Part shown: piece after piece, positions 51,894 through 64,000 of the stretch
Layout of the letters: each line of letters begins with the position of its first letter
How positions within the stretch are numbered: the first letter of the stretch is position 1
Source of the DNA: Laetmonice hystrix
Taxonomy: Eukaryota
Direction: 5' to 3'
NCBI GenBank assembly: GCA_965235115.1
Contig: OZ249436.1
Span: forward strand, 19,966,001-20,030,000
Length of the DNA: 64,000 bases
Program-made: the position numbers and the translations under genes
The notes under the pieces: model-generated
Databases searched by the model: none
Seen by the model: only the letters and a program-made list of their open reading frames with translations
Told to the model about the DNA's origin: nothing

Positions 51894-54800
51894 TCATTTC
51901 TTACTGTTTTTGTTGTCTACGGCAACTCCCTTACCCTTGTCGGGCTGAAAATAGAAAACATTTAGACGTCAAAGGCAGTAATTTCCAACAATATATAATA
52001 TATTACATAGATTTCACAAGACAAGATGCCGTGTTAGGTAAACCTCCACTGGCGAGAATGTATTTACTAGAGTAATGTTTTCTTTTTAATCCGCACATGA
52101 GATAGGCTGGTATTACCTTCGCATCATTATGTACACCCATGCACGTACATATCGAGACAAATTGTGACCTCTGAAGTCAGTGGAACTCTCATATATCGGT
52201 GGTAGGCCAAGGAAATAAAGAGTCAGGGGGAAAAGGTCACCAGAAGGCAACGAATTATGCTAAAACACTGGTCATACTTCCTCGCTATTGCCACGGTAAC
52301 TAAATGGCTATTTGTTTCAGTCAGCAAAGAAATATCTGACACCAGGTTATTAAAACAATACGGCATTTGACCGCAAAGGTCAGTCACGTTGATCTATGAG
52401 TCACAATTACATTTTACACAACTTGTCTGCACAACGCTGCGCCTGTCAGTTCACTATACGATAAGGTCAGGAGCTGACGAAAATCCTTCCGTTATGTTGA
52501 TTGCGTCAAATCTATCAAATTAGCTGCTTCATACATGTCTGCTAAACGACACTCTATAGACGTATGGTCGTGCAGGTAATACACATATTATACTTACCTA
52601 TGTCGACAGATCATGCATGCGTAACATCCCTTTCTACGCTAGGGACCATTTATAAGATGGCAAATCAATTTAAAAAAAAAACGAACAAGAAGACTGCTTT
52701 GCTGAAACTGACAAACTATACCTATTTATCCTCATCCAGACTGTGCGCCATAGTAAGCTGTGTATAAAATCCATATGAAACTTCCTTGCCTACTTGAGCA
52801 TTAATGTAATGCTTTTCGACCTCCGCCGGTGGGTGGTTAACCAAATGATGAAGCAACTTAGGATGCCTCAGGAGATAACAATTACATCACAGAATCTATT
52901 AATTACGTGTCCAGAGTTGAAAGGGCCACAACTAGAGAAGACGCACCTGATTAGCAAAAAACATCTAGTGTTCAATTCGAGGTCAACGTTTTGGAGGAGC
53001 ATGCAAGGGGACAGAATCTTGAACTTTCCTATACCTCTAAAACGTCATTTTAGTCAACAAGATTCTGGTAAAAACACGATATAGAGTTCTATTAGCCAAG
53101 TTTGGCCAATTTAATCATACATGCTTGGTAGCATGCAGGAGGGATCAAAGTGCACCTATATATATATTAAAAAAATAATACTTACACGCTACTGTCACTG
53201 AGAAAAAAATAGACAAAAAATTGAACGCCATGAACACCTTGTCAAATCCTACAGAAAATATTTTCGCGACAGAAGTTGACGCTTAAATTATGTAGCCAGG
53301 TATACTGTCAACAGTGCCCCCTCCCCCACCTTACAGTAGAATGATAAAATATATACTTTAAGCTTACCAGACTTAAAACCTTACAAAGGTCTAACCTATG
53401 TGGTCGCAAGAACTGAATACACAAAGTTAGGTCGTTATTATCCGTTTCCCTTTCGTCATGCTGTTAATTGGTTATTGTTTCGTTCACATCAGTTGGTAGG
53501 CGTACCAATGTGTTATTAATTCGTTGCTGTAGCTTGGAAGATACAAGAATCAGCAGAGGGAAGCCTGACCAGTTTTCTGACGACATGAACGGCAGAGGAG
53601 ATTGTCAACGATCCTGTGCCTTCCATGTCAAGCTTCATACATGAAAGGTCCTCCACCTGTAAGGGACTTGGCGTCCAATCATTCCATAATGCATGCATCG
53701 TCTCCTCGGCAGCACATATTCATTGGAATACCACCGCACTGTACACCCAGTATCTGGGCAACATGATCTACATCTCCCAGGCAGAGTTAGATTGGTTTAG
53801 TATTAGTGTTTGTCTACCCGTATAGAGCGTGCCATGGCCAGGCCTACCTGTACCACTGCCGCACTGTGCACCCAGTATCTGGGCAACATGATCTACATCT
53901 CCCAGGCAAAGTTAGATTGGTTTAGTATTAGTGTTCGTCTACCCGTATAGAGCGTGCCATGGCCAGGCCTACCTGTACCACTGCCCCCACTGTACACCCA
54001 GTATCTACATCTCCCAGGCAGAGTTAGATTGGTTTAGTATTAGTGTTTGTCTACCCGTATAGAGCGTGCCATGGCCAGGCCTACCTGTACCACTGTACAC
54101 CCAGTATCTGGGCAACATGATCTACATCTCCCAGGTAGAGTTAGATTGGTTTAGTATTAGTGTTCGTCTACCCGTTTAGAGCGTGCCATGGCCAGGCCTA
54201 CCTGTACTACTGTACACCCAGTATCTGGGCAACATGATCTACATCTCCCAGGCAGAGTTAGATTGGTTTAGTATTAGTGTTTGTCTACCCGTATAGAGCG
54301 TGCCATGGCCAGGCCTACCTGTACCACTGCCGCACTGTACACCCAGTATCTGGGCAACATGATCTACATCTCCCAGGTAGAGTTAGATTGGTTTAGTATT
54401 AGTGTTCGTCTACCCGTATAGAGCGTGCCATGGCCAGGCCTACCTGTACCACTGTACACCCAGTATCTGGGCAACATGATCTACATCTCCCAGGCAGAGT
54501 TAGATTGGTTTAGTATTAGTGTTCGTCTACCCGTATAGAGCGTGCCATGGCCAGGCCTACCTGTACCACTGTACACCCAGTATCTGGGCAACATGATCTA
54601 CATCTCCCAGGCAGAGTTAGATTGGTTTAGTATTAGTGTTCGTCTACCCGTATAGAGCGTGCCATGGCCAGGCCTACCTGTACCACTGTACACCCAGTAT
54701 CTGGGCAACATGATCTCATAAACACAACCACCGCAATGGTGAGGGAACATCGCCACTTGACCACACAGGCGCAGGGCTCGGCTACAACAGCAATGTAAAC

Positions 54801-57800
54801 ACCCTCTACAAGTCTCAATCATTACCCATCCGGTTGGAGCAGGGACGTCATAAGATCAATATAACCAACTGTATCTTTTCTGACAATATGCTACACTTGC
54901 TGTTCTCATGCTACTCTCACATCATGAATGCGTCTCGATTACAAGTTTGTTAATAAAAACTTCGGATATGTTACACCAGTACAAAACCTTGAAGCAGTGT
55001 ATCTTCTTTGCAAATGTATTCAATTTCCAAGATCACCTACAATGACTTAGCTGATATACTAGTACACTACTCATGCTGTTAGATTACGAACCTAAATAAC
55101 ATCCTTATACATGTACAGTCTATACCATGTTGCTCTAATAATATGTATACAATGTACACTCCCACTGCTCATGGTACCATCCTGCACCATAACACCAGAG
55201 ATATTAGAAATACTGTTGTTGTTAGTAGTATATAAAATGGTGGTCGCATCGCATTTATTTCTGCTGGTCGGGTCAAACTATCTCTCTTTCTCACCACTCG
55301 ATAGAGGCTGTGCAACCCACATCTACGATCCTTTCTAAAGGATGACCAGAAAACGACCAGATTCGCGTTGCTGAGAAATATCAGCCTGAATCTATCTAAA
55401 TATCTTTTGTCTGCTCAATAATGTTACCTGTAGGGCTATAGTTGTGTGTAGGCCTGCGTATATTTCACATGTATACTCTTACAGTACTATACTACATGCA
55501 CGTTACCTAACGTAAAGAAGAAAGGGGTGGGGACTCTATAATTTTTCTTTTAAAAATGTCCCTAATATATCAACAATCATTCTGTAATTTTCAGGTAGCA
55601 CCCATTCTGACATGGCCATTCCTCTTGCAACGGTTTGCACTACTTGGTAAGAAACAGTGAGTGGAGTGTCCCGAGGGGCTAGGGTAGAAGCGCACTATAC
55701 TTACTGGAAGAATCCTGAATGAACAGGTTAGATCTTCTGAGACTATCATGACAGCAGCGGCATTGTCAAACTCTCCACAGTAGTTCGGGGCACTAAATAA
55801 AGTCACAAGCTGCAAAGGAAGCAAAACATTGTAGTGATATGAATCCTATTAAATAATACACAGCATCAGGAAATACATATCTCTCCCCAACCCAAAACAT
55901 CACGGCCAGCGCTTCACACGAGTTCTCTCCGGTAGTCCAAACTTATTGTTCTTCTTCATAGCGACACACAGCGACAGCCGAGTCCCTCCAGGTGCAGGGA
56001 GAAGACTATAGTCTGTTCACTCTAAAAAGAGCTCGACCTCGGCCTCATTAAAGCTATTACTTCATTTGGGGTAATACAGAACAACGTGGAATTTGGTAAT
56101 ATTCTTGAATGACAGGCGGTAATGACTTGTGATACGCCAGCTGTGGGTAGACGGGAGGAGGGGGGCAGGTCAGAGCTTTAATGAGGCTGAGGTCGAGCTC
56201 TTCTTAGAGCGAACAGACTATAGTGCATGTTCTCTTCAAACTGCCATGGTCTCTCCTTCTTCAAGAAGGGCATTAATAGTATAACGTGCATCATGTGAGG
56301 CGCATGTTGCGAGAAATCCTTCCTCAGGGTTGAGACCAACGTATGGTACTCCTTGCGCTCCACACGATGCAGGTTATACTATGATACCCTTCCTGAAGAA
56401 GGCAGAAGAAGAAGGCAGTTTCTCCTTCTTCACGAAGAAGAGAATATGCATCTAATGCCAATGATCATCCCGTTTGACAACTCCCAGCTACAATTACTAT
56501 ATTTTACACTGCTAGTTGGAGTACACTTCCATCTGACAAAATTACAGTATTTGCTTTGCACCGCACCATTGAATATACTGTAACAGTCCTGACTCCCAAG
56601 GGGACACTAATGGGGTAAAAAAGGATTGGGACTAATTGGGGTTAACTAAGAAAAATGAGACGGAAATAAAAAAAAGAAGATAAATTGTTATTTTCAAGTA
56701 GGGGAAGCGGATCACCCACTGACGTAAGTATACACTAAACACGGGCCTCATCTAATGTTATACTTTCCGCCACAGGACGGAACGAAGTTTAGAAAAACCT
56801 CAAACAAGTGCCATTTCTCAGCCCATTCAGAGTAATTTCACAGACATGGTTTTGCATTCTTACCCGCCCTCCCACCCCCAAAATTTTCAAATAATATCAT
56901 ATATCTGCAGCTTGCCTTATCAAATATATCATTACTAAAGGTCCATGGGGTGATATGTCCGCAGGCCTTCACGAGTGCGGATCGATGAATACATGAGGAA
57001 TCCACCTTGTTCAATCCACTTCATTTCAAGCAGCACTCTGTGTGGTCTCCAAGACCTGTTTTTGTAGCTCTGTGCACGTTGTTAGTGCTGTAGATAAGCA
57101 AACAAAAACCTAGGCTAAGCTACTAATGGCAAGGCGCAGGCCCAGATGTGTCCGGAAAAAGACCTGACCTTGCCGTTGTTTGCTTTATCTGTGCACGCTT
57201 CCCAGCAGCCAAACTGCCAGCCGGCCAGCCTGGTCATTCATATTATCGCCAGGCCATCGCATGCTGGCTCCCAATACGTGACATTCTCATGCAATGCTTG
57301 AATGCGGGGGCAGAAAATGGTTTTTATGTATTCCAGTACTTTAACGAACACCCTGGTCCTTTCTGCTCTACTGACCTTGAATCTCATATTATTATGATCC
57401 ATAGCATATCACAGGTTCAAACCAGTCCGCCATCATTGAGAATCTGTGACTGGACACTTATTTTTTCCGATATCGATATTTCCCTCTGTGACAACCTGAG
57501 CTCCAGTCATTCATTATAAGTGAATTATCACACATACCTTTCTCTTCTGGAAGAACTGATATCCATCTTCTACCACCTAGAAAATATCAAGACGTCATTC
57601 AGTGGTGTGCAATTACATATAATATGGGAGCATTGTGAGGAAGCATATATGGCCTGCGGAGAAACCAGTAAAGTCAGGGAGGGAGGGAGGGAGGGAGGGA
57701 GGGAGGGAGGGAGGGAGGGAGGGAGGGAGGGAGGGAGGGAGGGAGGGAGGGAGGGAGGGAGGGAGGGAGGGAGGCAGGGAGGGAGGGAGGCAGGGAGGGA

Positions 57801-60800
57801 GGGAGGCAGGCAGGGAGGGAGGCAGGGAGGGAGGCAGGCAGGGAGGGAGGCAGGCAGGGAGGCAGGCAGGGAGGCAGGCAGGGAGGCAGGCAGGGAGGCA
57901 GGCAGGGAGGCAGGCAGGGAGGCAGGCAGGCAGGGAGGCAGGCAGGGAGGCAGGCAGGGAGGCAAGGAGGCAGGCAGGGAGGCAGACAGGAAGGCAGGCA
58001 GGGAGGCAGGCAGGGAGGCAGGCAGGCAGGGAGGCAGGCTGGCAGGGAGGGAGGCAGGGAGGGATGGAGGGAGGCAGGCAGGGAAGCAGGAAGGGAGGGC
58101 CGCTCTGTTTATTTTCTACTCACTATGTTAAGTAGGATTTTAATTTACTGCGGCTAATCTTTCCACTATCAGACAGGCAGAGACCACAGTGGAGCAGTGC
58201 GTGCAAACCAGTTCAGGAGATAACTGAAGTCATTGTGACTAATAGAATCAGCGCTGTGCTGCACACAGAGCCAAACCATGCTGTTTTACGTGATTACTAC
58301 ACTTTGCACGCTCCTTTTAATATTATTTTTGTCCTTTTGATCATGAATTATAAGCTGTTCACTCAACCACAAGTATGAGTAATGTTAAAATAAAGATTTG
58401 CCTCCAAAAGTTAATAAGTCGTGATGGGAACACAAAGAATAAAGCGCAAAGAAAAATGCCAGTTCCAAACATACTGAGTTAGATCCCGTTACAGGATGCA
58501 GGCGACACTGGTGAACTGAGAGCTTCAACTATGACCGAAGATAAACTAGAAACAATCTCTGAGGAGGCTTGTATAATTAATGGCGAGTGCCACAATGTGT
58601 GACAGTCGCTTGAGAGACCATGTACAGAAACCGTAAACTGGTTTACACTGTAAACTCCACTTCCTAACACTGGGGTTATACCACGATACAGAACATGGCG
58701 ATTGGAACTATATCTCCTGGAAAACACAACTTCTCACGGAGTGGAAATCAACTCTTACATGCTCCAAATGTTTTCACAGGCCCTGGATAATTTGCTGAGA
58801 TGACTTTTAGCTCTCCGTTTCAGGTTTTACATGTTCCCATAGATCATCAACAATCCAGGGCCGTAGCCTGGCCCAAATACGTGGGGGGGGGGGGGGGGGG
58901 TAGGCCTGCCAAGTGATAGCGCCGGTCGAGCTGGCCCGGGGTGTGGGTTAAAAAACACACAAAACTGGAAATCCCAGGGGGGCAGCTGACCCCTCCCCCC
59001 CCCCCGCAGGCTACGGCCCTGCAGTCCATACAAGTTTTGATATTCAGATCGCTGAAAAAGGGTGTTACAAACGGCCACAGCTGACTTGTCTTCAATGGAC
59101 TGAATCACACGTCAACCATCAACAATGTTAGCATGATCCACAGAGAACAACGTGGTACAATCCCTCGCTGTCTACCGTCAAGAAGGTGAGCCGACAGGTT
59201 TGAATTCTTTGAATTACTCTGAAACACGCCCCCCCCCCCTCCCCTAAGGTGGTCGAGTTGAACCCCATCACTCATAATGTGTCAGATCATCAATAAAAGC
59301 CAAATGAGGCACTATTAATATTTCATTCCTTCCTTAATTATGTATTAGGTAGTCAGGCAAAAAAAAAGAGAGAAATACGAAACACTTCAAAAGGCCTTCC
59401 GCAGCGAGAGCTGTGAGACTAAACCGGAAGATTTTACCTGAGGCGAGAGACCTTTATTCTTGGTACGTCAAAAGGTCTCCCATGAGACCTGAACATTCTC
59501 TCACTGTGCCCGACCGCTGAGCCTGCCAGCAGACGGCAGGAACAGTTAATCTCGACTCGAGATGGTTTCAATGTGACAAGCGAGCGTCAGTCAACACAGT
59601 TTCTATTGGCCGTCTGCTGCCTGCGGGAACGTAATGCCAGCCCACGCCTGGCTACACGCAGGCCCGTACAGTGCCCACTCATCCTATCATATTCGCTATG
59701 ACACTGCACCATCCCACTGACTGACACTGCTGCTAATGTCAGTCATGTAACGCCAGATAAGGCCTCTCTTACCAAGGTCAATCGTGTATGGACCGAACAA
59801 ATGCTCCCTCTTGTTATTGCCTCTCTTAGCCTTCGACACATCTGTTACCTAATAAGGAACCTTGGCAGTCTACGGAACCATCAGTATTGCGTAATGTACA
59901 ATTAAGGGATGTTCCTTGTAACTTGGCTCTAGTCTAATGGGAAACTGTATACAAATGACATTTTAGCCAAACCTTTAAATTTTATTGAAAAACATGAGAA
60001 GTGGATTATCTACCTATTTGACATTTGCTTTGTGTACCAGTAGAACGGGACTCCTTACCGGTTCTGAGTCTCTATAATATCTCGAAAGTAAATGGTTGTA
60101 TTGCTGTACGATCATCTCTGCGTGTAATACAAAACGGTTCGAACATTGAAGTGTTCGAGCAAGCTCTCCAGCAGACTGTAGATGGGTGAAGAATAATTAT
60201 TGAGCTCAGCAATAGGTACCATTGTCCATCACAAGAGCCCATGAGCTATTTAAATGCTTGATACCGCTCGATATCGGCTTTCTCTCCACTCTCCACAACC
60301 GTGTTCCATCTGGTGAATTGCGGGCCTAGATTCGACTTCATACGGAGATTAGCCGTTAGATGTACATGTTCCCTAACCTTTCACTTTATGACATTGATAT
60401 TCTATTAATACCCCGGTACATGCAGAAACTAGTGCGGAGCCCTGTGGGTTTATGGCACAGAGTCAACGTACAAAACAAGGAAACCTCCCCTCAAACAGTA
60501 CATAAGGTGACAATAGCACACCTGAGCACAAGTAGCAAGAGGTCGCGAGTTATCGGGGTTGACTGCCTAGCGAATCTTCAATTCGTCTGTTAGTCACATT
60601 AAATAACCAACTTAATGTAGATTTTCTTTCTACGACTAGGGATATCATTTTATTGAGCGGACCAAACCAAATGGCGCTAATGGCTTTTGGAGCCAATATG
60701 GAATCAAATGTATCATTAGATACAGATTCAAAACAGATTGAAACCTAGGTAAATTAGAAATTACGTAAGCGAGTTTTCACAGTAATCAAGTCCATACTGT

Positions 60801-63593
60801 GAGGAACACCATCTGGAGTGATCGCCATATTGGTTTAGAACAGGTGGCTCAAACATCTGCTACTGTATCACTGTATATAGTACCCCAGACACGCCGCACA
60901 AGATGCTGCCGACGTTTAAGAAGTGCAGCGCTTGCTGTCACGCCATCTCTGTGTGAGGAGGCAGGCTCTGTGCCAGCTGGCTCTCTACAAGCCCAATCAA
61001 TGTTCGACATGCATGTACAACAATCGAAGCCTTACATATAGCCGTGCCTTAGAAGTCTAAGGTATCACCGGAGACCACACAATGTTGGAGGGTTGCATTC
61101 ATTATTGAGAGGTGGTGTAACGGTAGGGGTGTTAGGAATAGGATAGGTATAACACAGTCTAACGACGTCAGGCCTCAACATGGATCAATAATCAGTGCCC
61201 TTCGGTCCATCATTTGTAGAGACTTACTAAGGGGCTCCAGCAATCTGAAATAGCGCCAGTCCTTCGCGGTTCTTGTGGAGTGGCTCACAAAAACATGAAA
61301 CAGGCATTGCGACACTCAAGCCACAACTGTCCCTGTTAGACGATATAATTTTATCATTGTTTAGAACCCTAAATTCTGATCAAGGCATATAAACTATTAA
61401 AAAGTTCATTCCTTGCTTCAGCCTAACATTTCAGCGACAAGGTCGGACTGATCAGTTAATAGAGGTCAAACAAAGCCCCAGGCCCTCCCTCACTTCAAAT
61501 AGCTTCCAACAGAAAACGTTATGTCTCACAGAGGGTAAAACAAATAGAAAACAAAGTTTCCAAAATCTTTAGTGGTTTCTATTGAATATTCTAACGATAC
61601 ATGTATAATATGGAGGTCCGTCATAGTCTGAATCCACAGTCAATATCAGACAGGTACAAAGTACAAAAACCCAAAGAGTAAGACCCAAGATTGCAGTGAA
61701 CACTAGAAAATGGTCAATATACGACCTTATATGCATGGCTCTCAGATTGCTCGCATGAAAGCTTCCGACCAGTGCCATACTTCTCCAAAATAAATGTTTC
61801 TTTAATATAAAGAACAATATACACGGACTCTTGTACCTGTATGGCATGGTATTATACGACCAATCTTTGATCCAACACCAGTTCTAGGACATAGCCTCGA
61901 AGGCGAGCCCTAATATAGATTATGTTTCTATAAACAGCAGGCACTGTGCTTTATTTGGCATCTCCGAGCCGATTACTTTGTGTGCAGATATAAGGTGAAA
62001 TAAACAAATTCCCGGTTTCTCACCAGGACTGCGTGGAGATCTCCAAGCGGGATGCTTTTTGATATATGTTAAGTTGTTAACCTTCTCATTAGGCCGCGCT
62101 ATTCTCAAGGTGCTGTTGCCGGGAGCATTATTTTCTCTCAGGAGAATAACTAGTCACTAGTAATAGCTAATGTGCTGCATAATAGTTCGGGTTCTCACAT
62201 ATATAGTGTTGGCCAATATGTTGCACAACAACAGAAAGCTAAATTGCTCGTCTAAAGTCTGTTGTCGTTTTATTCCCTCAAGAGAACCATTTTCATGACT
62301 AAAATACTCATGATTTCCTTATATCAAAAGAAGACATCAGGTTCTCCAGAGATAAATTGCTCTGTAATCTTAAAAGATCTCCTTTAGAAAATCAGAAATC
62401 AGACTCCAACCACTTGTCCGGGTCCCACACTCGTTGCCTTCACAAATCGTGCAGCTTTAACAGGCCCAACCACCACACAACAAGACAGCAATTACGGCAA
62501 AGATTGAAAACAATTTTCCACCTGTACCTGACTCGACCTGCTCTGGGAACGGCTGTGATAGGATTGCCTGTGTCGCCCATTAGCGTCATTCTGGCACAAT
62601 ACACACCGGCCGATTTGATTTAAGACTAATGTAGACACAAAGGCCAGTCCCAAATTCAGTTGTGGTCTTCTAACGACCACGGCCGCCCAAGAACGCCTAG
62701 TCTGAGAACGTCTCCAACTGCTGCTTGAAGCGCAAAGGACCGGTTAAAGAGCTTTTCCCAAGTTGCTACTGCTCAGATATTAAAGCAGGGACAACCAGGA
62801 TTCTCACCAAAACAAATGTAGTAATGCACAGAATGCATTTGGCAAACCTGGCTCACGAGGAAAAATATGCGAAAATTGAAGTTAATAAAAATTCAAAAAT
62901 AAATAAATAAAATGAAAGTGTGTCTGTTTTGGGTAAAAGCTTCGTATCGTGAGTTGAACGAATTCCGTTTTAAAAGACATTATGTTTAAGAAACTAGGTT
63001 TTGAAGTTTGAAAGACCAAAACGTCCTCGTGCAGCGACAAACACATGGAGTAATTGTACAACCGTAGACGTCCGATCACTGCCGTGGTGATTGGTAGATC
63101 GGTATTAAAGGATTGAAAAGAATGGCTGCTTACCTGATGGGCTCGTACTATTAAACTGCAGTCGTGTCGTTTCAGGAACTGTCGTACTATGTCGCCACCA
63201 AACGTATAAGATACACCCCTGTCGTTTTCTCCCCAACCTGTAATGTCCTGAAAGACAAAAACGTTCCTATATTAAACTGATAGGTATCGACGCTGTTCAA
63301 ACCAAATGGAGAAAAGAATCACTTTTAAAAATTTACGGTGATCAAGTTAAGCGTGGTCTATGATTCATTTTCTTTTTTCTAAGAAGATGAAGATATACTC
63401 GAGTAATCATTCTAGGTGTATGTGTATAGTTGATGGACACTCACTTCGTCAGGGTCGGACCACAAGAGATCACAGACAAGACCATGGTCAGGCACATCTA
63501 AAGGTCGCTCCACCTCCCTTAGCTGCTCAAGATCTATGAGGTCGGGCGACAGACCTCCGTGCATGCAGAATATGGTTCCTTCTATCAAGGCCG
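51894..63593 (-). CDS. PPP1C: Serine/threonine protein phosphatase 1 (PP1) catalytic subunit, divergent paralogue; last five coding exons (5' part outside the window)
   Basis: Exons 63445-63593 ([18 protein letters not shown]...[13 protein letters not shown]), 63134-63247 ([38 protein letters not shown]), 57538-57576 ([13 protein letters not shown]), 55705-55809 ([35 protein letters not shown]) and probable last exon 51894-51944 ([16 protein letters not shown]). PPP motifs HGG, WSDP, RAHQ and the PP1-typical [11 protein letters not shown] are present; introns are GT-AG and phase 0. Candidate AATAAA on the - strand at 50529-50534. Confidence 0.93.
53731..54716. repeat. Minisatellite, ~117 bp unit, ~8.3 copies, in the last PP1 intron
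   Basis: CACTGTACACCCAGTATCTGGGCAACATGATCTACATCTCCCAGG...GCCTACCTGTAC is repeated with period 117 (54451 to 54568). Some units carry an 8 bp insertion and one has a 13 bp deletion. Confidence 0.95.
56005..56224. mobile_element. MITE with ~50 bp TIRs (TAGTCTG...CAGACTA ends)
   Basis: ACTATAGTCTGTTCACTCTAAAAAGAGCTCGACCTCGGCCTCATTAAAGCT and AGCTTTAATGAGGCTGAGGTCGAGCTCTTCTTAGAGCGAACAGACTATAGT. Confidence 0.8.
57676..58099. repeat. Compound tetranucleotide microsatellite, (AGGG)n grading into (AGGC/AGGG)n
   Basis: Directly visible. It lies ~100 bp from the acceptor of the 39 nt PP1 exon and explains the spurious GGRE/GRQA ORFs. Confidence 0.97.
58856..59021. mobile_element. Short MITE with 15 bp TIRs CAGGGCCGTAGCCTG
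   Basis: CAGGGCCGTAGCCTG ... CAGGCTACGGCCCTG with internal G/C runs. No clean TSD. Confidence 0.7.
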
Positions 63594-63728
63594 CTGCAAC
63601 AAGCGAAGAGAATAAGAAATTCATGGAGGTACTTTTAAACATAACACAACTGTTATCAATCTTTGACATACACGTACATCGCACTAATTGTCCATAGATC
63701 AGTGTATTTATCTGGATATCTCTTGCTA

Positions 63729-63900
63729 TACAGGGTGTCCCCCCCAAAAATGTCCACGCCAAACCAGGCAACCTAAGAATCTATGTTCCCCCCGGTCCTG
63801 ATGGGGAATCTTCTTACATGAAAAACAGTCTTTATTTTATCAAAATCAGTCAAGCGAATAAAAAGTTATATGCCATTTTTAGTGCAGCAAAGTCACACCC
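63729..63900. mobile_element. Probable left end of a Tc1/mariner-type MITE
   Basis: TA-CAGGGTGTCCC terminus typical of such elements. The partner TIR is not seen inside the window, so the end coordinate is approximate. Confidence 0.4.
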
Positions 63901-64000
63901 TAGTTCATTAGCCAGATCTCATTATCTGACAGGTAGAACTGGCCACTGTAAAAAAAAGAGACAAATACTTCACTCAAACTCAAAACTCAAAAGCGAACTT

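Noticed and set aside
54598..54822. Short ORFs over the 117 bp minisatellite
   Set aside because: Intronic repeat. The ORFs extend less than one unit into it before a stop, and 8/13 bp indels between units break frame.
57520..58135. 203/166/131-aa GGRE/GRQA/PASL repeat ORFs
   Set aside because: These are translations of a tetranucleotide microsatellite inside a PP1 intron.

Overview
Eukaryotic genomic DNA with spliceosomal introns and many MITEs, probably from a marine invertebrate animal; the species cannot be determined from the sequence. (1) Three + strand paralogues of an uncharacterised zinc-finger gene family were reconstructed by hand from GT-AG exons: the 3' end of paralogue A (105-1530), and complete paralogues B (36936-40700) and C (42125-45955). 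B and C encode MATGGG, two CCCH fingers, a low-complexity linker, two atypical long-spaced C2H2 fingers (the second resembles plant zf-XS) and a C-terminal LLCQG[VI]KPWD motif. C also has a Cys-rich exon. (2) A ~31.8 kb satellite of 34 near-identical ~852 bp monomers (1820-33583) separates A from B. It has a 9478 bp higher-order repeat and four insertions of a tRNA-derived 334 bp unit, all at the same nucleotide of the monomer. (3) The apparent single-copy source of both repeat types lies next to the array (33902-35516). It is interrupted by a TTAA-flanked Kolobok-like element whose empty site is preserved in the array copies. (4) The last five coding exons of a divergent protein phosphatase 1 catalytic subunit gene lie on the - strand (51894-63593). 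The rest is MITEs, minisatellites and microsatellites. Most ORF-track entries are artefacts of repeats or introns.
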